Of a DNA stretch of 64,000 bases, positions 55,174 to 63,982 are shown piece by piece. This DNA is from a virus, in the IMG/VR virus record IMGVR_UViG_3300049027_000047, positions 4,559 through 68,558 of that record; one strand, given 5' to 3'. The position numbers and the translations under genes were made by a program. The notes below the pieces were generated by a model that worked only from the letters and a program-made list of their open reading frames with translations, did no database searches and was not told the origin of the DNA. Within the stretch, counting starts at the first letter, position 1, and every line of letters starts with the position of its first letter.

Positions 55174-55436
55174 GGGGATTCTGTTACGACAGATTTCGCC
55201 ATAGATGGGAATGCAGGGTCAAAGTAGTGTGTACGTCTCTCCAAGACTCCCTCCCATGCCATAGGATCAAAATCTCCCTTGGGGACTACGTGGGTCATCC
55301 CTTCCAGCCCGTTCAACCTCTCCTCCAGTTCCTTGGTGTAGGCGATCAGCTTGGAGAGCTTCCCTGCGAGGAGTATCTCTGAGGCCGCGTAGCCATGACT
55401 CTGAGGGTCGATTCCGATGGATTCTAGTGTGGTCAT
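55170..55436 (-). CDS. hypothetical protein
   Basis: coupled ORF. Confidence 0.5.
   Translation of the reverse strand: MTTLESIGIDPQSHGYAASEILLAGKLSKLIAYTKELEERLNGLEGMTHVVPKGDFDPMAWEGVLERRTHYFDPAFPSMAKSVVTESP
55180..55193. repeat. dispersed palindrome copy 16 TCTGTTACGACAGA
   Basis: gene junction. Confidence 0.9.
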
Positions 55437-55443
55437 GATTCGT

Positions 55444-55902
55444 TTAGGTGAGGTGGTAGGGAATGGTGTAGCCCATGGTTTTTGCCCAGAGGCCGTTTTT
55501 CTCGATCTTGTCGTGATGCTGGCGGCAAACTGCCATAAACAATTCTACCCGGAGGTAATTCTTGCCTCTTCGGCCTTTGTGATGCACCTCGGTAGCCGCC
55601 TTCTTGCACCTCTTCGCCTGACAGACCGGATTCTCCTCCAGAAAGACCTTCCTGAGCTTGCTGTACTCCTTCTCTTCCAGCTTGCGACGTTCAGACACCC
55701 TCCTGATGGGTTTTCTCTGGGTTTTGAGCGATCCTGGTTTCTTCTGAGGGTGATCAGTGCTGGAAGGCTTCCTGACGCGTCCTAGGGACTTCCTGCGCAT
55801 CTTCTCCTTGCCGCACAAAGAGCAGCGCAAGGTTATGATTCTCTTGGAATCTGTTGTGACAGATCCTGAGAGGGTAAAACGGTGGAGGCACTTGGGTTTC
55901 AT
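55444..55902 (-). CDS. HNH-like nuclease
   Basis: CQAKRC...EVHH...VCRQHHDKI. Confidence 0.6.
   Translation of the reverse strand: MKPKCLHRFTLSGSVTTDSKRIITLRCSLCGKEKMRRKSLGRVRKPSSTDHPQKKPGSLKTQRKPIRRVSERRKLEEKEYSKLRKVFLEENPVCQAKRCKKAATEVHHKGRRGKNYLRVELFMAVCRQHHDKIEKNGLWAKTMGYTIPYHLT
55850..55863. repeat. dispersed palindrome copy 17 TCTGTTGTGACAGA
   Basis: inside CDS. Confidence 0.9.
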
Positions 55903-56144
55903 TTATAGAGTCCCTTATTGTCTCTTCCAAAGGAGAAGAAGAGTTGACGACCGATCCATGTAATGCAGAAGCCCTTCATCTCCCAATGAGGGTGATAGAG
56001 TTTCCAGCAGAAGTGTGGAAACCACAGAAAACGCGGATACCCTCCGTCGCAATAGACTCTAATCGAATTGCGCCAGATGAATACCTTGCCTCGAAGTTTA
56101 CATGTGGCGTTATGAATGTAATCTCGAAATCTCATCGCTTCCAC
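55899..56144 (-). CDS. hypothetical protein
   Basis: coupled ORF. Confidence 0.4.
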   Translation of the reverse strand: MEAMRFRDYIHNATCKLRGKVFIWRNSIRVYCDGGYPRFLWFPHFCWKLYHPHWEMKGFCITWIGRQLFFSFGRDNKGLYK

Positions 56145-56380
56145 TCCTCTCCTTCGTCATTACGGTTCCTGAGCACGTGCAGTAGGGCGTCATGGGCCAC
56201 CACGGCTTTGATCGCCTCCCGTTGAATCTCCTCATAGCTCTCCTTCAGGACGGCAATGTAGTCATCCTTAGCCTTGTCCAACCGCCTCTGACACCAGAGG
56301 AAGAAGGAGAACAAGGCTCCGTAGATGACAGAGAAGATGCCGATTCCAGTGCAGAATCCAGTCCAGTATTCAGTGTTCAT
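56132..56380 (-). CDS. membrane protein
   Basis: N-terminal transmembrane segment. Confidence 0.5.
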   Translation of the reverse strand: MNTEYWTGFCTGIGIFSVIYGALFSFFLWCQRRLDKAKDDYIAVLKESYEEIQREAIKAVVAHDALLHVLRNRNDEGEEWKR

Positions 56381-56385
56381 AGTAG

Positions 56386-56571
56386 TCAGTCCCAGATCAA
56401 GGGATGATGGGAGATTCCGGCCTTCCATTTCTCATAGTCCCAGGAATAATAAAAGTCCTGGTCCTCCTTCGGGACATCCTCCACCCAAGGACGGGTCTGT
56501 CCGGCCAGTTCCTTTGTGAAAGGGCCTCTCTCTTCTTCTGGAAGGTCTCGTATGCGTGGGAAGTTGCTCAT
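56386..56571 (-). CDS. hypothetical protein
   Basis: PRIRDLPEEERGPF...GQTRP...YSWDYEKW. Confidence 0.55.
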   Translation of the reverse strand: MSNFPRIRDLPEEERGPFTKELAGQTRPWVEDVPKEDQDFYYSWDYEKWKAGISHHPLIWD

Positions 56572-56963
56572 GGTGCGCTGTAATAGGTTTTTCCTGTCAT
56601 CCATCCTTTTGTGGTTTTTACGAACATAAAGTCTCCTTGCTTCTTCCCTTGGTGGACAGCACGACTGACAGGCAGCGAGCGATCTCCGTCAGGGGTTTGT
56701 ATTTGCAAAGAGTAGCTAGACTCATACTCAGAAGTTAAAGGAACCAATGTGTTTCCAACCTGAACAAATGTGGTTAAGGAGCCGCCAGAAGACGAGTGTT
56801 TGCTGACAACCTGAAAGCGCTCCAAGCTTTGTGGCATTCCTGATTGATCAACAGCACTAAAAAGCGAGGAGACGATGACCAGAGCAATAAAGCCGAGGAC
56901 CAAGGCAATACTTGCGACAAGAGCAAGTAGAACGCATCCCGGAACAGAGAATATGCGTTTCAT
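56568..56963 (-). CDS. membrane-anchored protein
   Basis: N-terminal transmembrane segment, beta-rich remainder. Confidence 0.55.
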   Translation of the reverse strand: MKRIFSVPGCVLLALVASIALVLGFIALVIVSSLFSAVDQSGMPQSLERFQVVSKHSSSGGSLTTFVQVGNTLVPLTSEYESSYSLQIQTPDGDRSLPVSRAVHQGKKQGDFMFVKTTKGWMTGKTYYSAP

Positions 56964-57645
56964 GGCAGGTCGTGGTGATCCCAGTCAAGGGATGGTCTGA
57001 CAAAGGGGTCCACCTCCATCTGGAGATGGGACAGGAATGAGAATCCGGGTGGGAAGGTCATGGTTTGAGTTCTTTTGGTATTTTCACAGGTTCAGGCCCC
57101 TTCTTCGCATTCACCACCTTGCAGAGAGCCTGGAACTGGGTGGTAGCAGCACAGGAGGGCAGCAGGAGGCAGAGGATGAGCATTTCATGGAGCTAGTCTC
57201 CATGAAATGCTCCCAACAGCCAGCCTAACGCCACAGCGGCTACGAAAAACATGGCAACCCACATGATAGGATGCAGTCGGGATAGTTCCTCACTCACGCT
57301 GGCCTCCCTTCCCTACGGCTGAGCCTCGCCCTATCCACCTTGATGACAAGCATCCAGAGGGCCGGGAGAGTCAGGATCATGCCGATGATCTTGGCGGCGT
57401 TGGTGATTCCCTCCACGGCAGTCGGGATGACCACCCATGTGAGGACGATGATGATGGTGAAGATGATGCTCATGATTTTATTCTAGTCCATTGCTTGTTT
57501 GATTGCCTCTTGTCCAGGAATGGCGCAGCATGATGAGCGCACCAATGAGTCGTTACAACTTTTGGACGTCTGAATGCCAGACAGCGACAGACCCATTCAG
57601 GCGCATTGGTGCAGCCTTGCGATGCACAAGATTTTGCTCCCTCTT

Positions 57646-58227
57646 TCACGCCCCCTCCTTTCCACCCAGAATCTCTGGACTGATTGCAAGAGGGATGTGA
57701 CCAACCTCCATATCAGCCAGTTCAAGGCATTTTTCAGTCGTCAAGGCTTGGAAAGGATTGCCGCTATCACCTTGGACCATTTTGTTGGCGTCGCTAATAT
57801 GGTTGGAGAGGGCTGCACTCACAATGTCACGAGCAGGGCCTACCGCCTCATTGCCTACGCGCTCGATAGCTTCGTTCCATCCGTACTCAGCCGCTTCATA
57901 TCGGTCATGAATGCCGCGATCTTCGAGGCCTGCGCCCATGCCCTGATGGTGATACTCCGGCGAGAATTCCAATGCTGACTCTACGGACAGCAGCGCCTCC
58001 CGAAGCCTGGCGTTCTCGGTCTTTAGTTTCATTAAAAATGCACCGACAACGATGTACTGAGAGCGGCCAAGGTATTTGGGCGACTGCGTATGCTCCTTCG
58101 GGAGGGCCTCAAACAAGCTGCTCCACTGTCCAAGAGCAGTCATTGCCTGCGCCTTCCAGTCCTCCAGTTCAGCGATCCTTGCTTCCTTCTTTTCCAGCAA
58201 GAGGAGGGTGTTTAGTTCTGGTTTCAT
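57646..58227 (-). CDS. coiled-coil phage protein
   Basis: contains GMGAGLEDRGIHDRYEA.EYGW motif. Confidence 0.6.
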   Translation of the reverse strand: MKPELNTLLLLEKKEARIAELEDWKAQAMTALGQWSSLFEALPKEHTQSPKYLGRSQYIVVGAFLMKLKTENARLREALLSVESALEFSPEYHHQGMGAGLEDRGIHDRYEAAEYGWNEAIERVGNEAVGPARDIVSAALSNHISDANKMVQGDSGNPFQALTTEKCLELADMEVGHIPLAISPEILGGKEGA

Positions 58228-58231
58228 AGAT

Positions 58232-58245
58232 TCTGTTGCAACAGA
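58232..58245. repeat. dispersed palindrome copy 18; perfect 22-bp AGATTCTGTTGCAACAGAATCT (58228-58249)
   Basis: 4 nt upstream of leftward ATG 58227. Confidence 0.9.
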
Positions 58246-58521
58246 ATCTCTCAGTTCAGGTTCATGGCCTCCAGCCCGGCAAAGATGAGTTCAAACAACC
58301 CTGCCAGACCCAGGATCAGCAGGATGATGAAGAGGCAGGTCTTCAGGGATTCGTTCATTTCTTTGGTTCCTCTCTTCTAATTTCTGACCACCTCCTCCAC
58401 GGAGGGGTGTTGTTGCTAAGCCATGCAGCAGCCTCAGACCATGTGGTGAATGGTGGAGACTGGTAGCAGGGCTGTCCGTTGACGGTCTTGCCTCTTGGTG
58501 GGTGAAGGATGGCGGTAAAGG

Positions 58522-58860
58522 TCATGAAATGTCAACCTCTCGGAGTTCCCAGCGCATGGCCTTCTCTCCCCGCTTCACTTTCACCTTGCGCCAGCCATGC
58601 ACAACGATCTTCCACCCAGCCTCACGGAGATGCTTAAGGGCCTCTGAATCCTGAATCTTCTGGATGCGGGCTGAGACGTTGGAGCCAGAGGTTGTCTGAA
58701 CGGCTACAGTCTCGCCGTTCCCTACGCAGAGAACGTCCACAAACCCATACAGGTCATTTCGGACCTTGGCGAACGGGTTCCAGTGCTCCACAACCTGAAC
58801 GAGGGGGTAAATCTTACGCAGGTGCTCCAGAGAGCGTTGAGTTGGCGAGTTCTTGGCCAT
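58522..58860 (-). CDS. PD-(D/E)xK nuclease, Holliday-junction resolvase-like
   Basis: RNDLYGFVDVL...VAVQTTS...VHGWRK. Confidence 0.65.
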   Translation of the reverse strand: MAKNSPTQRSLEHLRKIYPLVQVVEHWNPFAKVRNDLYGFVDVLCVGNGETVAVQTTSGSNVSARIQKIQDSEALKHLREAGWKIVVHGWRKVKVKRGEKAMRWELREVDIS

Positions 58861-59108
58861 CAGGACGCCTCCTCCTTTTCTGTCGTGACAGATTTTGCCA
58901 ACTCCTTCACCCTCTCGATTAATTCGGACTGCATGAGTCGCCCCTCAGGGTCCCCCAGAGCCTTCCTGATCTCATAGAGGCAGTTGATCTGGTTCATCTC
59001 CTGGTGTTGCGCTCCAGCGAGGAAGGCTGGTAGCCAGTGCTTGTACTTGTCGGCTGGAAATAGCTCCCTGCTCTCCAGCCACTTCTCGAATGCTTCTTCT
59101 GGGGTCAT
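58860..59108 (-). CDS. hypothetical protein
   Basis: coupled ORF. Confidence 0.55.
   Translation of the reverse strand: MTPEEAFEKWLESRELFPADKYKHWLPAFLAGAQHQEMNQINCLYEIRKALGDPEGRLMQSELIERVKELAKSVTTEKEEAS
58879..58892. repeat. dispersed palindrome copy 19 TCTGTCGTGACAGA
   Basis: 3' end of CDS. Confidence 0.9.
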
Positions 59109-59389
59109 ACGGTCTCCTTTCCGAGGGCTGCTTTAGCCTGTTTGATATAGCGTTTTGCCATGATAGGTCCTTCAACAGGCGTGCCTCCAGCCCTCCTGAA
59201 GTCTGCATGCTCGTCACAGAGCCAGATCATAATGCCCAACTGCTCCCTCAGTCTCAGGTTCTCCCTCGCTGCTTGCAGGAGTGCTGGAGCATAGTGGTGC
59301 AGGGATACCATTAAGTCTTCGTACCCATCCGCCTCCTTCTCTTCAGCATCCAGCAGGGCCTGTAGTTCGTCGATCAGTTCTTGGTTCAT
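59105..59389 (-). CDS. hypothetical protein
   Basis: coupled ORF. Confidence 0.55.
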   Translation of the reverse strand: MNQELIDELQALLDAEEKEADGYEDLMVSLHHYAPALLQAARENLRLREQLGIMIWLCDEHADFRRAGGTPVEGPIMAKRYIKQAKAALGKETV

Positions 59390-59673
59390 TCGTAATCCTT
59401 TCCAAGGGGGATAGGGTGGGTGTCGGCATCAAATCCCAGTTCAGAGGCAATATCCTCCATAAGGCACTGCCCATCATAGTTTGCCTCATCATACCGGATC
59501 AGGATGTCTGGGGCGTGCTCAACGTAAGTCCCCATATTCGCCCGCCTAAGCAGGTCGAATGCAGCACGAAGGAGGATGTCTTTACGGTTGGTTGCGTCCT
59601 CGTTCATGACCAGCTGGGCCTCGATTCCTCCGGGGGGTTGAGGCTGCAATGAAGGTGGACAAGTCTCCGTCAA
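59386..59673 (-). CDS. hypothetical protein
   Basis: LLRAAFDLL...YDEANYDGQCLMEDI. Confidence 0.55.
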   Translation of the reverse strand: MTETCPPSLQPQPPGGIEAQLVMNEDATNRKDILLRAAFDLLRRANMGTYVEHAPDILIRYDEANYDGQCLMEDIASELGFDADTHPIPLGKDYE

Positions 59674-59709
59674 TTAGTGCTTTCAGTGCTGCTGGGTTCA
59701 TATATTCGG

Positions 59710-59738
59710 ATACTAGCTAAGCTATTACACTCTGTCAA
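59710..59738 (-). promoter_or_regulatory. promoter with operator (59714-59724)
   Basis: TTGACA-17-TAGTAT. Confidence 0.8.
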
Positions 59739-59792
59739 CTGGGATTCTTCACTGTTTAACGGTGTCTGGATGGTATTCCTCGAAGGTGAAGG

Positions 59793-61574
59793 TTATGCAG
59801 TGATCCTCTTCTGGGGTTCGAATCTCTGGGTTCGCCTGTTGAACATGAGTTTGAATAGCCCAGTCCAGCCAACCTCGCGCTGCTTGTCGATTCTGATCTC
59901 GGCGTCGTGCATTTCGTCTTCCTGCTTGGCCGTAAGGGTGCCCTCTTTGCGGAGCTTGTCTTTCTCTGGGTTCTTCACCACTGAGACGATGTTGTCAGCG
60001 TTGTTTGGAATCAGGGAACTGCCCTTGATGTCCATGGCTGAAAGCTTGCCGCCGTAGTTCTTCTTGTTGGGGTGGCATACCAGATCCACATAGACATTGT
60101 AAGTCTTGGCGAATCCAGCCAGTTCGTTCATGAAGTCGCCTTGTGCCGGGAAGTTCTCCTCTAGCCCTTTGATTCGCATGAACGAGTCGATGAAGAACCT
60201 TGTGCATCCATGCCGCATGAAAGCGAAGAGCATCATCTCAAGCAGCTCCTTCTGGCCAATATACCCCACAACATCTGCAAACACCAACAGGTCCTCAGTG
60301 TCGTTCAGGAACCCGTCAATCGCCCCCTCTGACACTGCGGCCCCCTGCATGAGGTTTGTGGCCATCTTGCGGATCGTGCGCTCTGGCTTCACCTCCATGG
60401 ATGCCACAAAGATCTTCTGGCCCTGGGTCATCAGGACCACTTGGTAGAACGTGAGGAAGGTGGTTTTCCCCTCTCCAGTGAAACCCGTCCAGACTGTGAG
60501 ATCACCGGGATGGGGATAGAATCCAGCATCAGGCCAAGCGATGCGGAAGAACTTGAGGGTATATGGTTCCTCCTTGGCTTTCAGTTCTTGGTAGACCCTC
60601 TGTTTCAGGTCTTTGGCCCTAACCAGCCCGTTGAGAGTAGGCGGTTTGGCTTTCCTGATCCACTCCTGAGCGTCGTAAGGTCCTCTCCCAGCCAGCAGGC
60701 AGTCGTTGGCATCTTTCTCTGGCAGCGTGACGATGAGGCATCGATGCACCCCGAGACGCTGAATGACCTTCTTCATGTTCTCAGCACCAGCCCCGTCCAT
60801 GTCGAAGGACAGGTAGATGTGGTCGAACGAGGCGAGGTTTTCCCACTCGTACTCGATCCACTGCGCCCCGGTGCCGTTGGGGATGGAGAGGGAATCGATG
60901 CCCCACTGGGTCCACGTCATGCAGTCAATCTGCCCCTCGCTCAACAGGATGGTCCGCTCCAAGAATGCCGTTTCCGACAAAGCGTGCCACCCAAACAGGC
61001 ATGGAGCACACCCTGCATCCTGCCAGACCTTCTTCTTCTCCCCGTTGGACGGGACAGTACGGTAGGAGCGGTTGATGAGTTTTCCGGTGGGCGAGTAACA
61101 GGGAAAGGCGATGGCCTTGGATTCGGGGACGGCCTCGACCTTGAACCGCTGGACGATCTCCTTGGAGATGCCACGTGTCTGGGTGAGGAACTGCATGGCC
61201 CTCCCCTCCTCGGTCATCGGCTTGGTGGCGTCCACCTTGGGGGCAGCGTAGACCTTCTTGGAAGGCTCGTAGAGGCTCTCTGAGATGCCGAGGTAGCCCT
61301 TAGCCTCCTTGATCGCCTCCGGGAGCGGGAGATCCTTGGTTGCCGCCCATAGATCCAGGAGATCCCCCTTGTGCTCAGGACTGGCCCAGTCGATCCACTT
61401 GCCGACATGGGGACCGGAGAGGTGGACAGTGAGCGTTCGCCCCTCGCCTCCACGAATGTCTCCGCAGACCCAGTTTCCCCCGGTCTCCTTTCCTCCCGGC
61501 AAAAGGAAGGTGACGACAGACAGGACTTTGTTGGCCAGCATGTCCGAGATTTCTTTGACGCTATGCTGTTTCAT
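59793..61574 (-). CDS. bifunctional DNA primase-helicase (Toprim plus SF4 helicase)
   Basis: LSEGQIDC, FDMDGAG, KDAND, Walker A GFTGEGKT, FIDS, VCHP, KQR; start refined to 61574. Confidence 0.9.
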   Translation of the reverse strand: MKQHSVKEISDMLANKVLSVVTFLLPGGKETGGNWVCGDIRGGEGRTLTVHLSGPHVGKWIDWASPEHKGDLLDLWAATKDLPLPEAIKEAKGYLGISESLYEPSKKVYAAPKVDATKPMTEEGRAMQFLTQTRGISKEIVQRFKVEAVPESKAIAFPCYSPTGKLINRSYRTVPSNGEKKKVWQDAGCAPCLFGWHALSETAFLERTILLSEGQIDCMTWTQWGIDSLSIPNGTGAQWIEYEWENLASFDHIYLSFDMDGAGAENMKKVIQRLGVHRCLIVTLPEKDANDCLLAGRGPYDAQEWIRKAKPPTLNGLVRAKDLKQRVYQELKAKEEPYTLKFFRIAWPDAGFYPHPGDLTVWTGFTGEGKTTFLTFYQVVLMTQGQKIFVASMEVKPERTIRKMATNLMQGAAVSEGAIDGFLNDTEDLLVFADVVGYIGQKELLEMMLFAFMRHGCTRFFIDSFMRIKGLEENFPAQGDFMNELAGFAKTYNVYVDLVCHPNKKNYGGKLSAMDIKGSSLIPNNADNIVSVVKNPEKDKLRKEGTLTAKQEDEMHDAEIRIDKQREVGWTGLFKLMFNRRTQRFEPQKRITA

Positions 61575-62385
61575 CTTTGCGGAATACGAAGTCTTCGTCT
61601 GTGTACCCTTCTGCGCCTTCGGCCCAGTCCTTCTCGTTGATGACAGGGATGCCGCCGTAGGAGGACGCTGGCACGTGACGGCCATTCGGAACCTCATCCT
61701 CCCAGCGATTACCATTGAGCCATGTAGCAGCATGGGGTATGAATTGTCCGGCATCTTTCCGCCACTCTGGACTGGACTTCCATGAGCGGACTATTGCCAG
61801 CAAGGGTTCAATATCCGGGAGGGTTTTGCACTTGTTCCAAGCCTTCAAGGCATCCTGCTTCCCAACCTTCCTTGGGTACTCCTTCCAGAACTCCTCAAAA
61901 CCTTCCCTTGCTGGAGAAGCATCCTTTCCCTTTCCATTCCCTTCCTTTCCATTCCCTTCCTTTCCATTCCCTTCCTTTCCATTCCCTTCCCCTTTGCAGC
62001 CGTGGTCCACGCGAGTGTCACGCGTGATGCACGCGTCAATATCATTCTCAATCAACGGGTTAGGGATAGAAGAGTCAGACTCTCGATTATTGATCACTTG
62101 GTGCTTCGTGAAGCTTGGAATGTACCCGAAAAACATCCCTTTCGACTTGTACTTCACGACAAATCCACGCGTGGTCAACGCGTCAAGCACGCGTGAAAAG
62201 TCGATCTCATCATACGGAAGGATTTGAATTCCAAGCCTACGTGGCTCCCATTTGAATCGACCCTCCCTGTCTGCGGCGCACCAAAGTCCGATAAAGGCTA
62301 CCCTCAATGGCAAGGAGGACTCCTTTTCTGCCTCGAAGATTCCTTCATGAGTGAAGAACTCAGGCTTTATGGTTCGAATTCTCAC
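61561..62385 (-). CDS. phage replication initiator protein
   Basis: RIRTIKPEFF N-terminus; FEEFWKEYPRKVGK and HAATWLNGNRWED C-terminus; upstream of primase-helicase; GTG start. Confidence 0.8.
   Translation of the reverse strand: MRIRTIKPEFFTHEGIFEAEKESSLPLRVAFIGLWCAADREGRFKWEPRRLGIQILPYDEIDFSRVLDALTTRGFVVKYKSKGMFFGYIPSFTKHQVINNRESDSSIPNPLIENDIDACITRDTRVDHGCKGEGNGKEGNGKEGNGKEGNGKGKDASPAREGFEEFWKEYPRKVGKQDALKAWNKCKTLPDIEPLLAIVRSWKSSPEWRKDAGQFIPHAATWLNGNRWEDEVPNGRHVPASSYGGIPVINEKDWAEGAEGYTDEDFVFRKDETA
61930..61989. repeat. 15-bp tandem repeat x4 (CTTTCCATTCCCTTC) encoding EGNGK
   Basis: four exact copies. Confidence 0.95.
62008..62196. other. putative replication origin iterons
   Basis: ACGCG(T) at 62009/62020/62031 and 62167/62178/62189, 11-bp period, inside the initiator gene. 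Confidence 0.55.
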
Positions 62386-62748
62386 GGCAGCTTCCGGGTC
62401 CTTTCCAGTTTCTGTGCGCATGGCTCGCGCAATGGTTGTTGTTTGTTGCGCCGTCCAGCAACCGCTGTCGGGGTGATTCTGCGCTTACACTGAGCGCATT
62501 TGAGGGAGAGGTCTTTGGCCATAAAGGCAAAACAAAACCCTCAAGGGGATACTCCGAGGTTCTCATCCCTTTGACCGAGGAAAAAGTAACTCGGATTTGG
62601 GCCTACGAAGCGCCCCCTTGAGGGCATTGTGAATATGGCTTGGGCTATGTAGCTTTTTCGGACACCGATGAGAAGCGGTGCGTTCACAGGGAGCGCCCTG
62701 AGAACAGGATAAGGCTATACCAGCCGGAGAATCAGCACAAGGGGAAAT

Positions 62749-63060
62749 TCAACTCTGCTTGGCCTTCAACTCCTTCAGTTGAGCCTCATACCGGGCGATC
62801 CATTCCTTGTGCTTGGCGATGGCTGCTTCCAGACGGAGGATCTTCCCCATCCCGTGAGGGGCGTACTCCTTGTTCTTCCTGACTCCTCCGCACTTGGCGA
62901 GGTAGCGGGCCTTCTCTTGGGCGGTGCGGATCTCCTGGTGCTTCTCACAATGCAGTTTCCCTGGTGCGGCTGGGGAAGAGCACAGATGACAAAGCCCCTC
63001 CTTCTTGTGTTGGAGCTGCCATCTACGTTGGCGGGAGAGAGTGTAGGTGTTTTCTGTCAT
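62749..63060 (-). CDS. zinc-finger protein
   Basis: GLCHLC...HCEKH. Confidence 0.55.
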   Translation of the reverse strand: MTENTYTLSRQRRWQLQHKKEGLCHLCSSPAAPGKLHCEKHQEIRTAQEKARYLAKCGGVRKNKEYAPHGMGKILRLEAAIAKHKEWIARYEAQLKELKAKQS

Positions 63061-63066
63061 GACAGA
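63053..63066. repeat. dispersed palindrome copy 20 TCTGTCATGACAGA
   Basis: centred on an ATGA stop/start overlap. Confidence 0.9.
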
Positions 63067-63635
63067 TTTTTGGATGGTGTTGCGGTGTAGACCCACCAAT
63101 AGGAGTTCCAACCCGTCTCAGTGTCCCCGTAGGCCAGAGACCAGTTTTCACAGAATGAATGAAGCGGAGACAGGAGATATTTCCCCATAATGGTTTCTCG
63201 GAACCCCATAGCCTTCGCCTCTTCCTCCGTCACATCACGCGGCTTTCTTACCCGCACATCTGAGAGTGTGACAAGGGTTCTGACTGCCCATGGGGGCATC
63301 TGGGAAGCGGAGCGCCACTTCCTACACTGGTTCTGGGCATCTGCCTTGTAGGTCACTTCAGGGTCAGCGCTGTCCATCATGCCTCCCGCTGCATCGTACA
63401 CAGCCCCTCTTTCGCAGAAGTGCCACGTCTCCTTGCCAAGCAGTGGGACGTTGAGGGGTAAGGGTTCTCTCCATGCCTTATCGAAGATTCCAAAAGTCCA
63501 AAGGATGCCATTTAACTTCGTTGGAAGGGGTGCGTCAATGGGAGGCGAAGGCTTCACCACCCTCCAGATCGTGATGGTCTCACCACGGGCCAGCGCTGCC
63601 GCCTCATGGGGTTTCAGGTTGATGCATTTCTTCAT
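63057..63635 (-). CDS. ASCH/PUA-like phage protein
   Basis: RVVKP, KETW, WRSASQMPPWA...DVRV...DVTEEEAKAMG. Confidence 0.6.
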   Translation of the reverse strand: MKKCINLKPHEAAALARGETITIWRVVKPSPPIDAPLPTKLNGILWTFGIFDKAWREPLPLNVPLLGKETWHFCERGAVYDAAGGMMDSADPEVTYKADAQNQCRKWRSASQMPPWAVRTLVTLSDVRVRKPRDVTEEEAKAMGFRETIMGKYLLSPLHSFCENWSLAYGDTETGWNSYWWVYTATPSKNLS

Positions 63636-63982
63636 AGTTCTTTCTGGTTCAAATACTTTTCCCAAGCCTCCACCCCTTCCGCCACAGCCGGAGGTATTAG
63701 CGTCCACCTAGCAGGAAGGCCATCTCTGATCTCCAACAGAGACCTACAGACCCCCTCAGCCAGTTTCATCCGTTCAGCATCATGGGTAGGGTCCAGAAGG
63801 ACGGGCGAGACGTTAGCAGGCTTCCCTGACATCTCCTGGATTCGGGTCCTGAGTTGGGAGCAGGTCTTTGGCTTCTTGGCCACCACCTCTTCATTCAGCA
63901 CCGTAGCCTCCCCATCTCTCGCCCACTCCACCAGCTCCACAAACTCCTCCTCTGAGAGCTTCTTCTTCTGCGGGAGAAGCAA
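63632..63982 (-). CDS. hypothetical protein, may extend beyond the window
   Basis: coupled to next gene; frame open towards the window edge. Confidence 0.5.
   Translation of the reverse strand: MLLPQKKKLSEEEFVELVEWARDGEATVLNEEVVAKKPKTCSQLRTRIQEMSGKPANVSPVLLDPTHDAERMKLAEGVCRSLLEIRDGLPARWTLIPPAVAEGVEAWEKYLNQKEL

Noticed and set aside
59793-61754. 653-aa primase-helicase start given in the ORF track
   Set aside because: The first 60 codons overlap the initiator gene; ATG 61574 is more plausible
819-63066. Palindrome as a LexA/SOS box or parS
   Set aside because: Spacing CTGT-N4-ACAG differs from E. coli CTGT-N8-ACAG, the sequence differs from TGTTC-N4-GAACA and from parS TGTTTCACGTGAAACA, and the sites do not overlap promoters
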